A stretch of 64,000 nucleotides of DNA, taken from NCBI GenBank assembly GCA_964016885.1, contig OZ024740.1, forward strand, positions 252,154,001 to 252,218,000. Reading direction: 5' to 3'. This DNA is from Eledone cirrhosa (Eukaryota). The first letter of the stretch is position 1, and each line of letters starts with the position of its first letter. A program made the translations under genes and the position numbers. This document shows, one piece after another, positions 1 through 13,100 of this stretch. Under the pieces are notes generated by a model, which saw only the letters and a list, made by a program, of their open reading frames with translations, was not told where the DNA came from and ran no database searches.

Positions 1-3000
1 CCAGCTGGAAATTATCTCCCCTAAATTAAATGAAATTAAATTAAATTAAATCAAATTAATTAAATTAATTAATTAATTAATTATATTTTTTTTATTTTAT
101 TTATTTATTTTTTTTTTTTTAATTACGTTATTAATTAATTAATTAATTATGTAAATTGATTTTATTTCAATTTAATGTAATTTAATTTAATTTAATTTAC
201 TTTAATTCAATTCAATTTAATTTAATTTAATTTAATTTAATTTACTTTAATTCAATTTAATTTAATGTAATTTAATTTAATTTAATTTAATTTAATTTTA
301 TTTTATTTCATTTAAAAAACGAAACGAAACCGGTGTGCCTAAAAAAACAAAAGAAAAGAAACCGGGGAACCTAAAAAATCAAACGAAACGAAATTATCTC
401 CCCTTGGCCTGCTGGATATTATCTCCCCTTGGCCAGCTGGAAATAATCTCCCCTTGGCCGGCTGGAAATTATGTCCCCTTGGCCGGCTCGAAATTATCTC
501 CCCTAAATTAAATTAAATTATATTAAATTAAATTAAATTAAATTAAATCAAATTAATTAATTTAATTAATTAATTAATTTTATTTTTTTTATTCTAATTA
601 TTTTTATTTTTTTTTATTAATTACTTAATTAATTATGTTAATTGATTTTATTTCAATCCAATGTAATTTAATTTAATTTAATTTAATTTTATTTTATTTT
701 ATTTTATTTAAAAAACGAAATAAAATCGGGGTACCTAAAAAAACAAACGAAACGAAATTATCTCCCCTTGGTCTGCTGGAAATTATCTCCCCTTGGCCGG
801 CTGGATATTATCTCCCCTTGGCCGACTGCAAATTATCTTCTCTTGGCCGGCTGGAAATTATCTCCCTTTGGCCGGCTGGAAATTATCTCCCCTTGGCCGG
901 CTGGAAATTATCTCCCATTGGCTGGCTGGAAATTATCACCCCTAGGCCGGCTGGGAATTAACTCCACTTGGCTGGCTAGAAACTATCTTCCCTTGGCCGG
1001 CTGGATATTATCTCCCCTTGGCCGGCTAGAAATAATCTCCCCTTAGCCGGCTCGAAATTATCTCTCCTAAATTAAATTAAATTAAATTAAATTAAATTAA
1101 ATCAAATTAATTAAATTAATTAATTAATTAATTTTATTTTTTTAATTCTAATTATTTTTATTTTTTTTTATTAATTACGTTATTAATTAATTAATTATGT
1201 TAATTGATTTTATTTCAATCCAATGTAATTTAATTTAATTTAATTTAATTTAATTTAATTTTATTTTATTTTATTTTATTTTATTTAAAAAACGAAACAA
1301 AACCGTGTTACCTAAAAAAACAAACGAAAAGAAACTGGGGAACCTAAAAAATCAAACGAAACGAAATTATCTCCCCTTGGTCTGCTGGAAATTATCTTCT
1401 CTTGGCCGGCTGGAAATTATCTCCCTTTCGCCGGCTGGAAATTATCTCCCCTTGGCCGGCTGGAAATTAGCTCCCATTGGCTGGCTGGAAATTATCTCCC
1501 CTTGGCCGGCTGGAAATTATCTCCCCTTGGCCGTCTGGAAATTATCGCCCCTTGGCCGGCTGGATTTATGTCCCCTTGGCCGGCTGGATATTATCTCCCC
1601 TTGGCCAGCTGGAAATTATCTCCCCTAAATTAAATGAAATTAAATTAAATTAAATCAAATTAATTAAATTAATTAATTAATTAATTATTTTTTTATTTTA
1701 TTTATTTATTTTTTTTTTTTTAATTACGTTATTAATTAATTAATTAATTATGTAAATTGATTTTATTTCAATTTAATGTAATTTAATTTAATTTAATTTA
1801 CTTTAATTCAATTCAATTCAATTTAATTTAATTTAATTTAATTTACTTTAATTCAATTTAATTTAATGTAATTTAATTTAATTTAATTTAATTTAATTTT
1901 ATTTTATTTCATTTAAAAAACGAAACGAAACCGGTGTGCCTAAAAAAACAAAAGAAAAGAAACCGGGGAACCTAAAAAATCAAACGAAACGAAATTATCT
2001 CCCCTTGGCCTGCTGGATATTATCTCCCCTTGGCCAGCTGGAAATAATCTCCCCTTGGCCGGCTGGAAATTATGTCCCCTTGGCCGGCTCGAAATTATCT
2101 CCCCTAAATTAAATTAAATTATATTAAATTAAATTAAATTAAATTAAATCAAATTAATTAAATTAATTAATTAATTAATTTTATTTTTTTTATTCTAATT
2201 ATTTTTATTTTTTTTTATTAATTACTTAATTAATTATGTTAATTGATTTTATTTCAATCCAATGTAATTTAATTTAATTTAATTTAATTTAATTTTATTT
2301 TATTTTATTTTATTTAAAAAACGAAATAAAATCGGGGTACCTAAAAAAACAAACGAAACGAAATTATCTCCCCTTGGTCTGCTGGAAATTATCTTCTCTT
2401 GGCCGGCTGGAAATTATCTCCCCTTGGCCGGCTGGAATTTATCTCCCCTTGGCCGGCTGGATTTTATACCCCGTTGGCCGGCTGGAAATAATCTCCCCTT
2501 GCCCGGCTCGAAAATATCTCCCCTAAATTAAATTAAATTAAATCCAATTAATTAAATTAATTAATTAATTATATTTTTTTTATTTTATTTTTTTTTATTT
2601 TTTATTATTAATTACGTTATTAATTAATTAATTAATTATGTAAATTGATTTTATTTCAATTTAATGTTATTTAATTTAATTTAATTTAATTTAATTTAAT
2701 TTAATTTACTTTAAATCAATTTAATTTAATCTAATTTAATTTAAGTTAATTTTATTTTATTTTATTTCAAAAACGAAACGAAACCCGTGTACCTAAAAAA
2801 ACAAACGAAAAGAAACCGGGGAACCTAAAAAATCGAACGAAATGAAATTATCTCCCCTTGGCCTGCTGGAAATTATCTTCCCTTGGTCGGCTTGATATTA
2901 TCTCCCCTTGGCAGGCTGGAAATTATCTCCCCTTGGCCGACTGGAAATTATCTCTCCTTGGGCGGCGGGATATTATCTCCCCTTGGCCGGCTGGAAGTTA

Positions 3001-3256
3001 TCTCCCCTTGGCCAGCTGGAAATTATCTCGCCTTGGCCGGCTGGAATTTAGCTCTCCTTGGCCGGCTGGAAATATACTCCCCTTGGCCGGCTGGAAATAT
3101 ACTCCCCTTGGCCGGCTGGAAATTATCTCCTCTTGGCCGGCTGGATATTATCTCCCCTTGGCTGCTGGATATTATCTCCCCTTGGCCAGCTGGAAATTAT
3201 CTCCACTTGGCCGGCTGCAAATTATCTCCTCTTGGCCAGCTGGAAATTATCTCCCC

Positions 3257-3472
3257 TAAATTAAATTAAATTAAATCAAATTAATTAAATTAATTAATTA
3301 ATTGATTATATTTTTTTTATTTTATTTATTTTAATTTTTTTTTTAATTACGTTATTAATTAATTAATTAATTATGTAAATTGATTTTATTTTAATTTAAT
3401 GTAATTTAATTTAATTTAATTTACTTTAATTCAATTTAATTTAATTTTATTTAATTTTATTTTATTTTATTT
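3257..3472. repeat. Representative AT-rich imperfect-palindrome spacer of the satellite module
   Basis: Left arm (TAAAT)n-CAAATTAATTAAATTAATTAATTA is the approximate reverse complement of right arm TAATTAATTAATTATGTAAATTGATTT...(ATTTA)n; a T-rich loop with TACGT lies between them. Confidence 0.85.
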
Positions 3473-3548
3473 AAAAAACGAAACGAAACCGGGGCACCTA
3501 AAAAAACAAACGAAAAGAAACCGGGGAACCTAAAAAATCGAACGAAAT
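3473..3548 (+). repeat. Representative satellite leader (three degenerate ~27-32 bp subrepeats)
   Basis: AAAAAACGAAACGAAACCGGGGCACCT / AAAAAAACAAACGAAAAGAAACCGGGGAACCT / AAAAAATCGAACGAAAT, running into GAAATTATCTCCCC. Confidence 0.85.
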
Positions 3549-4161
3549 GAAATTATCTCCCCTTGGCTTGCTGGAAATTATCTCAACTCGACCGGCTGGA
3601 TACTATCTCCCCTTGGCCGGCTGGAAATTATCTCCCCTTAGCCGGCTGGAAATTATCTCCCATTGGCCGGCTGGATATTATCTCCCCTTGGCCGGCTGGA
3701 TGTTATCTCCCCTTGGCCAGCTAGAAATTATCTCCACTAGGCCGGCTGGAAATTATCTTCTCTTGGCCGGCTGGAAATTATCTCCCTTTGGCCGGCTGCA
3801 TATTATCTCCCCTTGGCCGGCTGGATATGATCTCCCCTTGGCCGGCTGGAAATTATCTCCCCTTGGCAGGTTGGAAATTATCTCCCCTTGGCCGACTGGA
3901 AATTATCTCCCCTTGGCCGGCTGGAAATAATCTCCCCTTGGCCGGCCGGAAATTATCTTCCTTTGGCCGGCTGGATATTATCTCCGCTTGGCCGGCTGGA
4001 AATTATCTCCCCTTGGCCGGCTGGATATTATCGCCCCTTGGCCGGCTGGATTTATGTCCCCTTGGCCGGCTGGATATTATCTCCCCTTGGCCAGCTGGAA
4101 ATTATCTCCACTTGGCCGGCTGCAAATTATATCCTCTTGGCCAGCTGGAAATTATCTCCCC
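3549..4161 (+). repeat. Representative 25-bp minisatellite array (~24 units)
   Basis: Direct tandem copies of the 25-mer with point variants; begins with the TTGGCTTGCTGG variant and ends at CTCCCC|TAAAT. Confidence 0.95.
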
Positions 4162-7100
4162 TAAATTAAATGAAATTAAATTAAATTAAATCAAATTAAT
4201 TAAATTAATTAATTAATTAATTATATTTTTTTTATTTTATTTATTTATTTTTTTTTTTTTTAATTACGTTATTAATTAATTAATTAATTATGTAAATTGA
4301 TTTTATTTCAATTTAATGTAATTTAATTTAATTTAATTTACTTTAATTCAATTCAATTTAATTTAATTTAATTTAATTTAATTTACTTTAATTCAATTTA
4401 ATTTAATGTAATTTAATTTAATTTAATTTTATTTTATTTTATTTTATTTCATTTAAAAAACGAAACGAAACCGGTGTGCCTAAAAAAACAAAAGAAAAGA
4501 AACCGGGGAACCTAAAAAATCAAACGAAACGAAATTATCTCCCCTTGGCCTGCTGGATATTATCTCCCCTTGGCCAGCTGGAAATAATCTCCCCTTGGCC
4601 GGCTGGAAATTATGTCCCCTTGGCCGGCTCGAAATTATCTCCCCTAAATTAAATTAAATTATATTAAATTAAATTAAATTAAATCAAATTAATTAATTTA
4701 ATTAATTAATTAATTTTATTTTTTTTATTCTAATTATTTTTATTTTTTTTTATTAATTACTTAATTAATTATGTTAATTGATTTTATTTCAATCCAATGT
4801 AATTTAATTTAATTTAATTTAATTTAATTTTATTTTATTTTATTTAAAAAACGAAATAAAATCGGGGTACCTAAAAAAACAAACGAAACGAAATTATCTC
4901 CCCTTGGTCTGCTGGAAATTATCTCCCCTTGGCCGGCTGGATATTATCTCCCCTTGGCCGACTGCAAATTATCTTCTCTTGGCCGGCTGGAAATTATCTC
5001 CCTTTGGCCGGCTGGAAATTATCTCCCCTTGGCCGGCTGGAAATTATCTCCCATTGGCTGGCTGGAAATTATCACCCCTAGGCCGGCTGGGAATTAACTC
5101 CACTTGGCTGGCTAGAAACTATCTTCCCTTGGCCGGCTGGATATTATCTCCCCTTGGCCGGCTAGAAATAATCTCCCCTTAGCCGGCTCGAAATTATCTC
5201 TCCTAAATTAAATTAAATTAAATTAAATTAAATTAAATCAAATTAATTAAATTAATTAATTAATTAATTTTATTTTTTTAATTCTAATTATTTTTTTTTT
5301 TTTTTATTAATTACGTTATTAATTAATTAATTATGTTAATTGATTTTATTTCAATCCAATGTAATTTAATTTAATTTAATTTAATTTAATTTAATTTTAT
5401 TTTATTTTATTTTATTTTATTTAAAAAACGAAACAAAACCGTGTTACCTAAAAAAACAAACGAAAAGAAACTGGGGAACCTAAAAAATCAAACGAAACGA
5501 AATTATCTCCCCTTGGTCTGCTGGAAATTATCTCCCTTTCGCCGGCTGGAAATAATCTCCCCTTGGCCGGCTGGAAATTAGCTCCCATTGGCTGGCTGGA
5601 AATTATCTCCCCTTGGCCGGCTGGAAATTATCTCCCCTTGGCCGTCTGGAAATTATCGCCCCTTGGCCGGCTGGATTTATGTCCCCTTGGCCGGCTGGAT
5701 ATTATCTCCCCTTGGCCAGCTGGAAATTATCTCCCCTAAATTAAATGAAATTAAATTAAATTAAATCAAATTAATTAAATTAATTAATTAATTAATTATT
5801 TTTTTATTTTATTTATTTATTTATTTTTTTTTAATTACGTTATTAATTAATTAATTAATTATGTAAATTGATTTTATTTCAATTTAATGTAATTTAATTT
5901 AATTTAATTTACTTTAATTCAATTCAATTCAATTTAATTTAATTTAATTTAATTTACTTTAATTCAATTTAATTTAATGTAATTTAATTTAATTTAATTT
6001 AATTTTATTTTATTTTATTTCATTTAAAAAACGAAACGAAACCGGTGTGCCTAAAAAAACAAAAGAAAAGAAACCGGGGAACCTAAAAAATCAAACTAAA
6101 CGAAATTATCTCCCCTTGGCCTGCTGGATATTATCTCCCCTTGGCCAGCTGGAAATAATCTCCCCTTGGCCGGCTGGAAATTATGTCCCCTTGGCCGGCT
6201 CGAAATTATCTCCCCTAAATTAAATTAAATTATATTAAATTAAATTAAATTAAATTAAATCAAATTAATTAAATTAATTAATTAATTAATTTTATTTTTT
6301 TTATTCTAATTATTTTTATTTTTTTTTATTAATTACTTAATTAATTATGTTAATTGATTTTATTTCAATCCAATGTAATTTAATTTAATTTAATTTAATT
6401 TAATTTAATTTTATTTTATTTTATTTAAAAAACGAAATAAAATCGGGGTACCTAAAAAAACAAACGAAACGAAATTATCTCCCCTTGGTCTGCTGGAAAT
6501 TATCTTCTCTTGGCCGGCTGGAAATTATCTCCCTTTGGCCGGCTGGAAATTATCTCCCCTTGGCCGGCTGGAAATTATCTCCCATTGGCTGGCTGGAAAT
6601 TATCGCCCCTAGGCCGGCTGGGAATTAACTCCACTTGGCTGGCTAGAAACTATCTTCCCTTGGCCGGCTGGATATTATCTCCCCTTGGCCGGCTGGATAT
6701 TATCTCCCCTTGGCCGACTGCAAATTATCTTCTCTTGGCCGGCTGGAAATTATCTCCCTTTGGCCGGCTGGAAATTATCTCCCCTTGGCCGGCTGGAAAT
6801 TATCTCCCATTGGCTGGCTGGAAATTATCGCCCCTAGGCCGGCTGGGAATTAACTCCACTTGGCTGGCTAGAAACTATCTTCCCTTGGCCGGCTGGATAT
6901 TATCTCCCCTTGGCCGGCTAGAAATAATCTCCCCTTAGCCGGCTCGAAATTATCTCCCCTAAATTAAATTAAATTAAATTAAATTAAATCAAATTAATTA
7001 AATTAATTAATTAATTTTATTTTTTTTATTCTAATTATTTTTTTTTTATTTATTAATTACGTTATTAATTAATTAATTAATTATGTTAATTGATTTTATT

Positions 7101-10100
7101 TCAATCCAATGTAATTTAATTTAATCTAATTTAATTTAATTTAATTTTATTTTATTTTATTTTATTTTATTTTATTTTATTTTATTTTATTTTATTTAAA
7201 AAACGAAACGAAACCGGGGTACCTAAAAAAACGAACGAAAAGAAACCGGGGAACCTAAAAAATCGAACGAAATGAAATTATCTACCCTTGGCTTGCTGGA
7301 AATTATCTCAACTCGGCCGGCTGGATACTATCTCCCCTTGGCCGGCTGGAAATTATCTCCCCTTAGCCGGCTGGAAATTATCTACCCTTGGCCGGCTGGA
7401 TAATATCTCCCATTGGCCGGCTGGAAATTATGTTCTCTTGGCCGGCTGGAAATTATCTCCCCTTGGCCGGCTGGAAATTATCTCCCCTTGGCCGGCTGGA
7501 TATTATCTCCCCTTGGCCGGCTGGATGTTATGTCCCCTTGGCCGGCTGGATATTATCTCCCCTTGGCCGGCAGGAAATTATATCCCCTTGGCCGGCTGGA
7601 ATTTATCTCCCCTTGGCATGCTGGAAATTATCTCAACTCGGCCGGCTGGATACTATCTCCCCTTGGCCGGCTGGATATTATCTCCCCTTAGCCGGCTGGA
7701 ATTTATCTCCCCTTGGCCGGCTGGATATTATCTCCACTTGGCCGGCTGGAAATTCTCTTCTCTTGGCCGGCTGGAAATTATCTCCCCTTGGCCGGCTGGA
7801 AATTATCTCCCCTTGGCCGGCTGGATATTATCTCCCCTTGGCCGGCTGGATATTATCTCCCCTTGGCCAGCTAGAAATTATCTCCCCTTGGCCGGCTGGA
7901 AATTATCTTCTCTAGGCCGGCTGGAAATTATATCCCTTTGGCCGGCTGGAAGTTATCTCCCCTTGGCTGGCTGGATATTATCTCCCATTGGCCCACTAAA
8001 TTAATTTTATTTTTTTTATTCTAATTATTTTTATTTTTTTTTATTAATTACTTAATTAATTATGTTAATTGATTTTATTTCAATCCAATGTAATTTAATT
8101 TAATTTAATTTAATTTAATTTTATTTTATTTTATTTTATTTAAAAAACGAAATAAAATCGGGGTACCTAAAAAAACAAACGAAACGAAATTATCTCCCCT
8201 TGGTCTGCTGGAAATTATCTCCCCTTGGCCGGCTGGATATTATCTCCCCTTGGCCGACTGCAAATTATCTTCTCTTGGCCGGCTGGAAATTATCTCCCTT
8301 TGGCCGGCTGGAAATTATCTCCCCTTGGCCGGCTGGAAATTATCTCCCATTGGCTGGCTGGAAATTATCACCCCTAGGCCGGCTGGGAATTAACTCCACT
8401 TGGCTGGCTAGAAACTATCTTCCCTTGGCCGGCTGGATATTATCTCCCCTTGGCCGGCTAGAAATAATCTCCCCTTAGCCGGCTCGAAATTATCTCCCCT
8501 AAATTAAATTAAATTAAATTAAATTAAATTAAATCAAATTAATTAAATTAATTAATTAATTAATTTTATTTTTTTTATTCTAATTTTTTTTTTTTTTTTT
8601 ATTAATTACGTTATTAATTAATTAATTAATTATGTTAATTGATTTTATTTCAATCCAATGTAATTTAATTTAACTTAATTTAATTTAATTTAATTTTATT
8701 TTATTTTATTTTATTTTATTTTATTTTATTTTATTTTATTTAAAAAACGAAACGAAACCGGGGTACCTAAAAAAACGAACGAAAAGAAACCGGGGAACCT
8801 AAAAAATCGAACGAAATGAAATTATCTACCCTTGGCTTGCTGGAAATTACCTCAACTCGGCCGGCTGGATACTATCTCCCCTTGGCCGGCTGGAAATTAT
8901 CTCCCCTTAGCCGGTGGAAATTATCTACCCTTGGCCGGCTGGATAATATCTCCCCTTGGCCGGCTGGAAATTATGTTCTCTTGGCCGGCTGGAAATTATC
9001 TCCCCTTGGCCGGCTGGAAATTATCTCCCCTTGGCCGGCTGGATATTATCTCTCCTTGGCCGGCTGGATGTTATCTCCCCTTGGCCAGCTAGAAATTATC
9101 TCCCCTTGGCCGGCTGGAAATTATCTTCCATTGGCCGGCTGGAAATTATCTCCCTTTGGCCGGCTGGATATTATCTCCCCTTGGCAGGTTGGAATTTGTC
9201 TCCCCTTGGCCGGCTGGAATTTATCTCCCCTTGGCCGGCTGGAATTTATATCCCCTTGCCCGACTCGAAAATATCTCCCCTAAATTAAATTAAATTAAAT
9301 TAAATTAAATCAAATTAATTAAATTAATTAATTAATTAATTATATTTTTTTTATTTTATTTATTTATTTTTTTTTATTACGTTATTAATTAATTAATTAA
9401 TTATGTAAATTGATTTTATTTCAATTTAATGTAATTTAATTTAATTTAATTTACTTTAATTCAATTCAATTTAATTTAATTTAATTTAATGTAATTTACT
9501 TTAATTCAATTTAATTTAATTTAATTTAATTTAATTTAATTTAATTTTATTTTATTTTATTTCATTTAAAAAACGAAACGAAACCGGTGTGCCTAAAAAA
9601 ACAAAAGAAAAGAAACCGGGGAACCTAAAAAATCAAACGAAACGAAATTATCTCCCCTTGGCCTGCTGGATATTATCTCCCCTTGGCCAGCTGGAAATAA
9701 TCTCCCCTTGGCCGGCTGGAAATTATGTCCCCTTCGCCGGCTCGAAATTATCTCCCCTAAATTAAATTAAATTAAATTAAATTAAATCAAATTAATTAAA
9801 TTAATTAATTAATTAAATTAATTAATTAATTAATTTTATTTTTTTTATTCTAATTATTTTTCTTTTTTTTATTAATTACGTTATTAATTAATAAATTAAT
9901 TATGTTAATTGATTTTATTTCAATCCAATGTAATTTAATTTAATTTAATTTTATTTTATTTTATTTTATTTTATATTATTTTATATTATTTTATTTAAAA
10001 AACGAAACAAAACCGAGGTACCTAAAAAAACAAACGAAAAGAAACCGGGGAACCTAAAAAATCAAACGAAACGAAATTATCTCCCGTTGGCCGGCTGGAT

Positions 10101-13100
10101 ATTATTTCCCCTTGGCCGACTGCAAATTATCTTCTCTAGGCCGGCTGGAAATTATCTCCCCTTGGCCGGCTGGAAATTATCTCCCTTTGGCCGGCTGGAA
10201 ATTATCTCCCCTTGGCCGGCTTGAAATTATCTCCCATTGGCTGGCTGGAAATTATCACCTCTAGGCCGGCTGGGAATTAACTCCACTTGGCTGGCTAGAA
10301 ACTATCTTCCTTTGGCCGGCTGGATATTATCTCCCCTTGGCCGGCTAGAAATAATCTCCCCTTAGCCGGCTCGAAATTATCTCCCCTAAATTAAATTAAA
10401 TTAAATTAAATTAAATTAAATCAAATTAATTAAATTAATTAATTAATTAATTTTATTTTTTTTATTCTAATTATTTTTCTTTTTTTTTATTAATTACGTT
10501 ATTAATTAATTAATTAATTATGTTAATTGATTTTATTTCAATCCAATGTAATTTAATTTAATTTAATTTAATTTTATTTTATTTTATTTTATTTTATTTT
10601 ATTTTATTTTATTTAAAAAAAGAAACGAAACCGGGGTACCTAAAAAAACGAACGAAAAGAAACCGGGGAACCTTAAAAATCGAACGAAATGAAATTATCT
10701 ACCCTTGGCTTGCTGGAAATTATCTCAACTCGGCCGGCTGGATACTATCTCCCCTTGGCCGGCTGGAAATTATCTACCCTTAGCCGGCTGGAAATTATCT
10801 ACCCTTGGCCGGCTGGATAATATCTCCCCTTGGCCGGCTGGAAATTATCTCCCCTTGGCCAGCTGGATATTATCTCCCCTTGGCCAGCTGGATATTATCT
10901 CCCCTCGGCCGGCTGGAAATTATCTCCCCTTGGCCGGCTGGAATTTATCTCCCCTTGGCCGGCTGGAATTTATATCCCCTTGCCCGGCTCGAAAATATCT
11001 CCCCTAATTAAAATTAAATTAAATTAAATTAAATCAAATAAATTAAATTAATTAATTAATTAATTATATTTTTTTTATTTTATTTATTTTTTTTTTTTTT
11101 TATTAATTACGTTATTAATTAATTAATTAATTATGTAAATTGATTTCATTTCAATTTAATGTAATTTAATTTAATTTAATTTACTTTAATTCAATTCAAT
11201 TTAATTTAATTTAATTTAATTTAATTTTATTTAAAAAACGAAACGAAACCGGGGTACCTAAAAAAACAAACGAAAAGAAACCGGGGAACCTAAAAAATCG
11301 AACGAAATGAAATTATCTCCCCTTGGCTTGCTGGAAATTATCTCAACTCGACCGGCTGGATACTATCTCCCCTTGGCCGCCTTGAAATTATCTCCCCTTA
11401 GCCGGCTGGAAATTATCTCCCATTGGCCGGCTGGATATTATCTCCCCTTGGCCGGCTGGATGTTATCTCCCCTTGGCCAGCTAGAAATTATCTCCACTTG
11501 GCCGGCTGGAAATTATCTTCTCTTGGCCGGCTGGAAATTATCTCCCTTTGGCCGGCTGCATATTATCTCCCCTTGGCCGGCTGGATATGATCGCCCCTTG
11601 GCCGGCTGGAAATTATCTCCCCTTGGCAGGTTGGAAATTATCTCCCCTTGGCCGGCTGGAAATTATCTCCCCTTGGCCGGCTGGAAATAATCTCCCCTTG
11701 GCCGGCCGGAAATTATCTCCCTTTGGCCGGCTGGATATTATCTCCGCTTGGCCGGCTGGAAATTATCTCCCCTTGGCCGGCTGGAAATTATCTCCCCTTG
11801 GCCGGCTGGAATTTATCTCCCCTTGGCCGGCTGGAATTTATATTCCCTTGGCCGGCTGGAAATAATCTCCCCTTGCCCGGCTCTAAAATATCTCCCCTAA
11901 ATTAAATTAAATTAAATTAAATTAAATCAAATTAATTAAATTAATTAATTAATTAATTATATTTTTTTTATTTTATTTTTTTTTATTTTTTTTTTATTAA
12001 TTACGTTATTAATTAATTAATTAAATATGTAAATTGATTTTATTTCAATTTAATGTAATTTAATTTAATTTAATTTAATTTAATTTACTTTAATTCAATT
12101 CAATTTAATTTAATTTAATTTAATTTAATTTTATTTAAAAAACGAAACGAAACCGGTGTACCTAAAAAAACAAACGAAAAGAAACCGGGGAACCTAAAAA
12201 ATCGAACGAAATGAAATTATCTCCCCTTGGCTTGCTGGAAATTATCTCCCCTTAGCCGGCTGGAATTTATCTCCCCTTGGCCGGCTGGATATTATGTCCC
12301 CTTAGCCGGCTGGAATTTATCTCCCCTTGGCCGGCTGGATATTATCTCCCCTTGGCCGGCTGGTAATTATCTTCTCTTGGCCGGCTGGAAATTATCTCCC
12401 CTTGGCCGGCTGGAAATTATCTCCCCTTAGCCGGCTGGAATTTATCTCCCCTTGGCCGGCTGGATATAATCTCCCCTTGGCCGGCTGGAAATTATCTTCT
12501 CTTGGCCGACTGGAAATTATCTCCCCTTGGCCGGCTGGAAATTATCTCCCCTTGGCCGGCTGGATATTATCTCCCCTTGGCCGGCTGGATATTATCTCCC
12601 CTTGGCCAGCTAGAAATTATCTCCCCTTGGCCGGCTGGAAATTATCTTCTCTAGGCCGGCTGGAAATTATCTCCCTTTGGCCGGCTGGAAGTTATCTCCC
12701 CTTGGCTGGCTGGATATTATCTCCCATTGGCCGACTGGAAATTATCTCCCCTTAACCGGCTGGAAATTATCTCCCCTTGACCGGCACGAAATTATCTCCC
12801 CTAAAGTAAATTAAATCTAATTAATTAAATTAATTAATTAATTATTTATATTTTTTTTATTTTATTTATTTTATTTTTTTTATTAATTACGTTATTAATT
12901 AATTAATTAATTATGTAAATTGATTTTATTTTAATTTAATTTAATTTAATTTACTTTAATTCAATTTAATTTAATTCAATTTAATTTAATTTTATTTTAT
13001 TTCATTTAAAAAACGAAACGAAACCGGTGTGCCTAAAAAACAAAAGAAAGAAACCGGGGAACCTAAAAAATCGAACGAATCGAAATTAACTCCCCTTGGC

